A stretch of DNA of 64,000 nt from Phoronis australis (lineage: Eukaryota; Animalia; Phoronida). Location of the stretch: assembly GCA_002633005.1 (NCBI GenBank), contig NMRA01000452.1, positions 1-64,000 on the forward strand. Direction: 5' to 3'. Below the pieces are notes generated by a model. The model saw nothing but the letters and a program-made list of their open reading frames with translations, searched no databases and was not told where the DNA came from. The stretch's first letter is position 1. Each line of letters opens with the position of its first letter. Of this stretch, positions 62,401-64,000 are shown piece after piece. Made by a program: the position numbers and the translations under genes.

Positions 62401-63730
62401 AAGCTAGTGTAAAGCTGCCTTCCGCTGAAAAGACTTTTCATTAGACCATTTACTGTTATAAAACTATTCAGGTTAAAAGCAATTTCTAGGCTTGAGAAGA
62501 AATCACAGGTCATTATTGCTTGAGGTGAGACTGGTGCCTGTTAATAAAGCTTTTGAGCCGTGTTTTCAGTAATAATGAAATGTCAGTCCTTCCCATGCCT
62601 TCAAATCACTTTTGGTCTTTGCACAGACAGATTCCATTACGGAAATTGTCGAATTCCTGGGGAGAGCCAAGTAAGGCAAGTTTAGACCAATTTTGTAGTG
62701 GATGGTCTCAACGAACAATTTGCTTTCGATAAAAGGGAGTCTCGTAGTAGCTTAAGAATTGATACAAATAACACTTCAGACATCTGTCATCATTTTTGTG
62801 TTCATGCTTTGCAGTTCTGCCCTCCACAGTGAGTTCACCAAGCTCAAGGCCACAAACAACTCATGTAGCGCCACCTGGTAAGTACTACCTATCTACACAA
62901 GTGTGGACAGGGTTGCCTTATTTGTGAAATTCTAGGAAAATGAAATTGATTCTGTGCTCTCTTCAGGGACATGTAAAAATTTTGACACTTGAAACATGAC
63001 TGTAAAGTAGTTTTCAGAAAAGTTCCCATAGCTTCATTTTGATTTTAGTCATGACTTTGCTGGAGCTACGTGAATTTCGCCAAAAATTTATCCACCGTTT
63101 TGAAAACTACACACTGTACTTTGCGAAGGCATTTCTAACTGCTCTGACATTTTGCCTGAAAAATTCCAATGGCCATAATTTCAGTTGTACATCCTTGGAT
63201 CACACAAAATATAATTCTTTATCTCTAATATGTTTAACCCATGGCTTATTGTTCGACTGTTAGGTGAATTTTTCTTCCTTATTGCATAATATTATGAATA
63301 AGTTTGTCAATTCAGTTATTTTTAACAAATTTTGAAAAAAGTTTCCGTAGCATACTCCTGCTATCCTGTATACCTGTCAATTGAAACTCTGTTGTCTGCC
63401 GCGCAATGGTTACGCTCTGTAGTGATTCCAGAGAAACACAGCACAAACAATGATGGCATCATCGCCGGCGCAGTTCTCGGCACAATAGGAATCCTTGCTC
63501 TGGTGGCGCTGGTCGCCATAGTCTTGTACAAGTCGCGTTCCAAAAAACACCCAATCAACTTGGTCGACAATGCGATCTACTCTCGTTCGACTGACTCTAT
63601 TGATCTATCGAAGCATGATGAGACATCTCATCACAGTTCCATGACAACGCTGCACAGTGGTCTACCTGGTGGGTCATACAGTAACCCTGTGTACACAGGA
63701 GCTACAGACATCGCCAGCAGTTTGACGTAG
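6298..63730 (+). CDS. MRC1-like: Whole spliced gene (54 coding exons, 8223 nt, ~2740 aa): macrophage mannose receptor-like multi-CTLD type I membrane receptor; SP - CTLD1-5 - PT linker - 10-Cys module - CTLD6-8 - ShKT - CTLD9-17 - S/T/P stalk - TM - NPxY tail
   Basis: Manual exon chaining: every junction is GT-AG with matching phase and one open frame runs from ATG 6298 to TAG 63730. CTLD hallmarks repeat throughout (CPxGW..CY, WxxAxxxC, L.SI, WIGL, WxD, EPN/QPD, WxD..C, YVC). CTLD5-12 follow the order of the 8 MRC1 CTLDs as recalled (e.g. CYQIN..LTW..AR..CQ...LLSIT..EQ.Y). Orthology is not tested. Confidence 0.93.
6778..7379. mobile_element. Foldback/MITE-like element containing a minisatellite
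   Basis: Imperfect terminal inverted repeats tcgccctgtttaataaagggc..caaaacgaaatca / tgatttccgttttgcccgttaaataggggtga. Confidence 0.5.
6992..7322. repeat. 32-bp minisatellite, ~10 copies, each with an internal hairpin
   Basis: accaatcctataacggtaaggattgctgtgag at period 32; aatcct/aggatt is self-complementary. Confidence 0.95.
8745..8899 (+). CDS. MRC-like exon 2: CTLD1 N-part
   Basis: QSLECPYGWTKHENHCYKFNG...SWKEARGFCEAHYGDLLSITTPQEW; ag/gt ends. Confidence 0.92.
10521..10638. repeat. 28-bp tandem repeat x4
   Basis: tatgccatggtgatgtgtttgatgagaa. Confidence 0.95.
10845..10981 (+). CDS. MRC-like exon 3: CTLD1 middle
   Basis: QFVNRQL...WWTGLHYNENTKLFQWSDDS; phase 0-2. Confidence 0.9.
12174..12298 (+). 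CDS. MRC-like exon 4: CTLD1 C-part (EPN, WSD)
   Basis: VWNDGEPNNRGANQDCGRILNGKWSDGDCSDESGYICKRR. Confidence 0.93.
13000..13096 (+). CDS. MRC-like exon 5: CTLD2 N-part
   Basis: VPVKCDENRGWMSINGACFRLENIRATWAEA; phase 1-2. Confidence 0.9.
13981..14137 (+). CDS. MRC-like exon 6: CTLD2 middle
   Basis: EYCHNQNAELAAP...EQHILTSIALANHENIWLGVYGKPE; phase 2-0. Confidence 0.88.
14417..14453. repeat. (GCAC)n/(AC)n microsatellite
   Basis: Seen directly. Confidence 0.9.
14626..14833 (+). CDS. MRC-like exon 7: CTLD2 C-part (EPK)
   Basis: YEWKIDG..WLPDEPK..TCVAM..NWMTLPCHSERKFVCRK. Confidence 0.9.
14838..14965. mobile_element. 128-bp insertion with a palindromic hairpin and 15-bp flanking direct repeat
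   Basis: gaagttggaaggtat at 14823-14837 and 14966-14980; hairpin acatttttaagtct...cgccacctgt/acaggtggcg...agacttaaaaaatgt. Confidence 0.6.
15921..16050 (+). CDS. MRC-like exon 8: CTLD3 N-part
   Basis: TCPGGWRTFQDRCYLF..LPWNEAQDYCLSMDANLLTIR. Confidence 0.93.
17031..17113 (+). CDS. MRC-like exon 9: CTLD3
   Basis: EEQQYFLIDQMRDLRQDGVDGIWLSAS; phase 2-1. Confidence 0.88.
17573..17707 (+). CDS. MRC-like exon 10: CTLD3 (QPN)
   Basis: VLKDGEFVWW..YKNWYTGQPNNTVGETDCAYI; TACTAAC branch point at 17561. Confidence 0.92.
18082..18189 (+). CDS. MRC-like exon 11: CTLD3 end + linker
   Basis: TLDATWGATNNCEQSFGVVCTRE..TTTP. Confidence 0.88.
18416..18460. repeat. (AGTAC)9 microsatellite
   Basis: Seen directly. 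Confidence 0.95.
18929..19087 (+). CDS. MRC-like exon 12: CTLD4 N-part
   Basis: YTCPDNYKLKGASCYMFSEVRKTWYSAKKDCEAEDAQLVKIETQDELDFV. Confidence 0.92.
19472..19551 (+). CDS. MRC-like exon 13: CTLD4 middle
   Basis: MESDNAWIGLNDRTLEGQFVWSSDST. Confidence 0.93.
20189..20375 (+). CDS. MRC-like exon 14: CTLD4 C-part (KPT, WSD)
   Basis: FTSWAPGKPT..NCV..GQWSDELCDERVRYICEK. Confidence 0.92.
20993..21163 (+). CDS. MRC-like exon 15: CTLD5 N-part
   Basis: CGPFWEHVPLNDMCYQINVELLTWKDARSACQHHGGDLLSITSVEEQYYVK. Confidence 0.94.
21885..22115 (+). CDS. MRC-like exon 16: CTLD5 C-part (EPD, WFD)
   Basis: LWIGA..GWQWADD..NWASGEPDD..DCAKM..KWFDEDCSRRYGFICKK. Confidence 0.94.
22728..22781 (+). CDS. MRC-like exon 17: Pro/Thr linker
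   Basis: AAPLTTGAPTTPPPTVKP; 54 nt, phase 1-1. Confidence 0.85.
22874..22971. repeat. 49-bp perfect tandem duplication
   Basis: tagacacttatgtgttggacaaggtttgtgtgctaaacaacatgtagtt x2. Confidence 0.9.
23664..23849 (+). CDS. MRC-like exon 18: unrecognised 62-aa 10-cysteine module
   Basis: tttttag acceptor, G|gtaaat donor, 186 nt phase 1-1, GC-rich coding-like; VTTCAEGSAYECAKFSRGSPRRCSPDCDVQASSYFSPGTCYGPGHEKAGCCYKCYKECTPCP. Confidence 0.82.
24952..25128 (+). CDS. MRC-like exon 19: CTLD6 N-part
   Basis: GCQNGWIGFGDHCYKV..DWEEARYRCLSTGGDLASV..QQHFLIS. Confidence 0.94.
25894..26057 (+). CDS. MRC-like exon 20: CTLD6 middle (EPD)
   Basis: IWIGLHDFKGENTFTWSDNSRVTYTRWARHEPDN..RCVSM. Confidence 0.94.
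26565..26681 (+). CDS. MRC-like exon 21: CTLD6 end (WND) + linker
   Basis: DGGWNDQTCELLGLAYVCKAKK..GCPP. Confidence 0.92.
27250..27365 (+). CDS. MRC-like exon 22: CTLD7 N-part
   Basis: GYMWSCFRFSDDKKSWKDAEADCASRRGNLATIQD. Confidence 0.92.
27553..27812. repeat. 29-bp minisatellite, ~9 copies
   Basis: gtcaggtgggtgcgtggtttgttcacact. Confidence 0.95.
28191..28503 (-). mobile_element. tRNA-Ser-derived SINE-like element with hammerhead-like core and inverted terminal duplication (copy A)
   Basis: Minus strand: TAGTGGTTAAGGTGCTGGACTCGAA..TCAAATCCTGCC head, then CCGACGA-T-GGTCGG-loop-CCGACC-GAAA; 36-bp perfect inverted repeat 28191-28226/28468-28503; second copy at 43549-43776. Confidence 0.75.
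28536..28935. repeat. Degenerate minisatellite (ccattgtgtcatagtccctcattgtgtcctgac core)
   Basis: Repeated cattgtgtc-based units, best conserved at 28755-28915. Confidence 0.85.
28972..29114 (+). CDS. MRC-like exon 23: CTLD7 middle
   Basis: FTQALISSQVGQRGESIWLGLHQVAGTQYIWSSGHYIKYTMW. Confidence 0.92.
29601..29803 (+). CDS. MRC-like exon 24: CTLD7 end, linker, CTLD8 start
   Basis: KCVAMET..AGLWSDYDCGETKQYVCQ..PTPATTP..RCHPSWTEVGDKCYN. Confidence 0.93.
30689..30816 (+). CDS. MRC-like exon 25: CTLD8
   Basis: KLNWFDARDACRALGGELASFHNKSHEDLV; phase 0-2. Confidence 0.92.
31323..31381 (+). CDS. MRC-like exon 26: CTLD8
   Basis: YSYWDRVWIGLSKHGSDRK; phase 2-1. Confidence 0.9.
31419..31648. repeat. 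~93-bp tandem repeat, ~2.5 copies
   Basis: ctgattgtagagat..taagacaacatagggggagctgt repeated. Confidence 0.85.
32376..32585 (+). CDS. MRC-like exon 27: CTLD8 C-part (QPD, WRD)
   Basis: YTWTDGSPFDYANWDTDQPDDHNGMEECVEF..RWRDKNCYVAMNYVCQI. Confidence 0.94.
33072..33191 (+). CDS. MRC-like exon 28: ShKT (Stichodactyla toxin-like) domain
   Basis: CRDENKYCGDWARKGECEKNPGYMLLKCKKSCGKC matches the ShKT consensus C-x-D-x4-C-x2-W-A-x2-G-E-C-x2-N-P-x-Y-M-x3-C-x2-S-C-x2-C; 120 nt, phase 1-1; absent from the ORF track. Confidence 0.93.
33718..33899 (+). CDS. MRC-like exon 29: CTLD9 N-part
   Basis: CNNEIGWYNHTYFCYYVSPNYG..LTWTQARQWCMDNGGDLASIHSAEQNNFL. Confidence 0.93.
34968..35136 (+). CDS. MRC-like exon 30: CTLD9 middle (EPN)
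   Basis: QWIGLSELSYDGYRWSDGSPLNYRNWAPHEPNKEFGGQKC. Confidence 0.94.
35624..35758 (+). CDS. MRC-like exon 31: CTLD9 end + linker
   Basis: GWKDENCGEKMGFMCKR..PGFCPQGF. Confidence 0.93.
36368..36496 (+). CDS. MRC-like exon 32: CTLD10 N-part
   Basis: NKCYKVFG..RNFTDAIKSCRSMG..DLASITSHQEQ. Confidence 0.92.
37211..37368 (+). CDS. MRC-like exon 33: CTLD10 middle (EPN)
   Basis: PYIGFNDMKQHNQFRWVDNSDVSETFWGHGEPNG. Confidence 0.93.
37381..37610. repeat. Degenerate tandem repeat derived from the 3' end of exon 33
   Basis: Repeats of ttctggggacatg..cccaatggagcctataagag..cattgtaagt. Confidence 0.7.
37698..37878. repeat. 18-bp minisatellite, ~10 copies
   Basis: tcggacgtgctcatgcag. Confidence 0.95.
37908..38004 (+). 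CDS. MRC-like exon 34: CTLD10 end (WAD)
   Basis: DCTVLQTKKYRVGSWADVECTEKRAYVCQ. Confidence 0.93.
39524..39759 (+). CDS. MRC-like exon 35: CTLD11 N-part
   Basis: CRPGYQPFGGSCYF..ARQFCRDHGGDLVSINNGFEQAF..HIWIGLT. Confidence 0.94.
40402..40576 (+). CDS. MRC-like exon 36: CTLD11 C-part (EPM, WND)
   Basis: FRWSDNWPVTYTMWKKGEPM..TCVIM..GLWNDTVCDLSLPSVCEI. Confidence 0.94.
41551..41811 (+). CDS. MRC-like exon 37: linker + CTLD12 N-part
   Basis: PPGLCPRDWQPFGANCYWF..TWADAERVC..SLVSVHSQADEEFV..VWVGLSR. Confidence 0.94.
42347..42523 (+). CDS. MRC-like exon 38: CTLD12 C-part (no Ca-site motif)
   Basis: FAWTDGSPVDF..NCFRFQPDGSWSHERCDSTGRSVCKM. Confidence 0.92.
42649..42722 (+). CDS. MRC-like exon 39: linker + CTLD13 start
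   Basis: VPVTTPPPPPCPSVWSYVNGKCYK. Confidence 0.92.
42880..43830 (+). mobile_element. Helentron-associated (HINE/DINE-1-like) element remnant interrupted by the SINE
   Basis: tttt followed by 14-bp perfect inverted repeat tatgctctcacata/tatgtgagagcata (42884-42915), then repeated ctgtatctcctaaac..aaatttgg..ccccctagtgg blocks; class assignment is by resemblance. Confidence 0.45.
43484..43776 (+). mobile_element. tRNA-Ser-derived SINE-like element with hammerhead-like core and inverted 5' head (copy B)
   Basis: A box TAGTGGTTAAGG 43549-43560, B box GGTTCAAGTCC 43598-43608, CTGACGA 43684-43690 ... GAAA 43712-43715; inverted internally deleted head at 43484-43542; colinear with 28191-28440. Confidence 0.75.
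44270..44453 (+). CDS. MRC-like exon 40: CTLD13
   Basis: EKNWFNARDHCESLGAQLASFHDSETE..VLWVGLS. Confidence 0.93.
45308..45520 (+). CDS. MRC-like exon 41: CTLD13 C-part (QPN, WRD)
   Basis: EWSDGTPYDYTNWETGQPNNHNGAERCVEF..QWRDKNCAVTQGWVCQI. Confidence 0.94.
45686..45876. repeat. 51-bp minisatellite, ~3.7 copies
   Basis: ccaaagtattcagacaaaaattacccagaattccctgtcatgatggctgaa. Confidence 0.92.
46218..46399 (+). CDS. MRC-like exon 42: CTLD14 N-part
   Basis: CGDPKWIAYNNQCYYVAPDYG..LSWQGARNWCMVRGAHLTSIHNMAENNFL; 182 nt, same as exon 29. Confidence 0.94.
46590..48325. mobile_element. Non-autonomous TIR DNA transposon (hAT5-like, 5-bp TSD) spanning the assembly gap
   Basis: TIR CAGAGGCGGATCTACG / CGTAGATCCGCCCCTG (15/16); TSD TCCCG at 46585-46589 and 48326-48330. 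Confidence 0.75.
46767..47752. other. Assembly gap (986 N)
   Basis: Run of n following a poly-G tract. Confidence 1.
48903..48970 (+). CDS. MRC-like exon 43: CTLD14
   Basis: LGKKSRQEKMWIGLNKLNYAGW; phase 0-2. Confidence 0.9.
51387..51487 (+). CDS. MRC-like exon 44: CTLD14 (EPN)
   Basis: WADGSPTDMINWSENEPNDVIGGQSCVDLY; phase 2-1. Confidence 0.93.
51541..51633. repeat. 19-bp tandem repeat x5
   Basis: actagtgacgtgttcacgg. Confidence 0.95.
52011..52145 (+). CDS. MRC-like exon 45: CTLD14 end (WND) + linker
   Basis: HWNDDNCGEKLGYVCQR..PGFCPLGY; 135 nt, same as exon 31. Confidence 0.94.
52459..53230 (+). mobile_element. Old hAT-like non-autonomous element, copy 1 (left end)
   Basis: Starts CAGGGCTGCCAA; colinear with 58177-58914 (atggattttga.catttattt, cattgtgggat, tgagctga..tgtaatgtt..tttagtaaa). 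Confidence 0.55.
54312..54438. repeat. 20-bp tandem repeat, ~6 copies
   Basis: aacccagggtatgtgacatt. Confidence 0.88.
55026..55157 (+). CDS. MRC-like exon 46: CTLD15 N-part
   Basis: NRCFVV..KLNWTEAMAACRAAG..DMASITSLEEQ. Confidence 0.92.
57512..57681 (+). CDS. MRC-like exon 47: CTLD15 middle (QPD)
   Basis: DVWIGLSDLDFHHKFLWVDNQPVDVTYWSKGQPDG. Confidence 0.93.
58177..58914 (+). mobile_element. Old hAT-like non-autonomous element, copy 2 (right end)
   Basis: Ends TTGGCAGCCCTG, the reverse complement of the 52459 start; internal similarity to 52518-53230. Confidence 0.55.
59309..59405 (+). CDS. MRC-like exon 48: CTLD15 end (WAD)
   Basis: DCAVLLVKDQKAGEWADTDCSSRRGYVCE; 97 nt, same as exon 34. 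Confidence 0.93.
60113..60360 (+). CDS. MRC-like exon 49: CTLD16 N-part
   Basis: CPEGYRALAEGCYRL..TWTAARKSCQDHGGELMSISNGYEEA..VWIGLS. Confidence 0.93.
60794..60977 (+). CDS. MRC-like exon 50: CTLD16 C-part (no Ca-site motif)
   Basis: FRWSDGWPMIFNKW..DCAAL..EWIKTSCTNKYASVCEI. Confidence 0.93.
61257..61526 (+). CDS. MRC-like exon 51: linker + CTLD17 N-part
   Basis: PGQCPSDQWHSFAGHCYY..SWAEASFTC..TLASITSVQEQDYI..LWIGMHR. Confidence 0.94.
61907..62086 (+). CDS. MRC-like exon 52: CTLD17 C-part
   Basis: FVWDDQSPVTFTNW..ENCVQM..GEWEDVRCSSSQGYVCKVPK. Confidence 0.94.
62815..62877 (+). CDS. MRC-like exon 53: Ser/Thr/Pro stalk
   Basis: LPSTVSSPSSRPQTTHVAPP; tttgcag acceptor, G|gtaagt donor, phase 1-1. 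Confidence 0.82.
63423..63730 (+). CDS. MRC-like exon 54: transmembrane helix and cytoplasmic tail
   Basis: GIIAGAVLGTIGILALVALVAIVLY then KSRSKK; tail motifs VDNAIY and YSNPVY; TAG at 63728-63730. Confidence 0.93.
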
Positions 63731-64000
63731 TAAGACACAGAGCTGCAACACACCTGCATGATACTGCTGTACGCTGGATCGTCTGATTCTTGGGTACGTG
63801 AACCCAGCAGCTGTACTTTGCAGAATCAGTAGATGGTGCATCTTAATTGTGTGAAAATTTATCTTTTTATTGTTTTGGTTACTATGATTTATGAGATATT
63901 AAATCTGGCGTGTTTGCTGAGTAAAATGAGTTTATAAGTTCAATTTGATGGACCCAAGTTTGGCCAATAACATAAAATCCAACCACATGATTTGTATGTG

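Overview
This is intron-rich, AT-rich metazoan (probably marine invertebrate) genomic DNA, not prokaryotic. About 57 kb (6298-63730, + strand) holds one complete gene that I assembled by hand from 54 GT-AG exons with consistent phases. The CDS is 8223 nt (~2740 aa). It encodes a giant macrophage-mannose-receptor (MRC1)-family type I membrane protein: signal peptide, 17 C-type lectin domains (CTLDs), a transmembrane helix and a tail with two NxxY endocytosis motifs. It lacks the ricin and FN2 domains of vertebrate MRC1. It carries two modules on symmetric phase-1 exons: an ShKT domain and an unrecognised 10-cysteine module. CTLD8-12 and CTLD13-17 are an internal duplication with reciprocal intron differences and swapped EPN/QPD motifs. 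A thrombospondin type 1 (TSP1) gene lies divergently on the - strand at the left end. Introns contain MITE/hAT/Kolobok/Helentron-like remnants, many minisatellites, a 986-N gap, and two copies of a tRNA-Ser-headed short retroelement with a hammerhead-ribozyme-like core. All calls were read by eye; no database searches were run.
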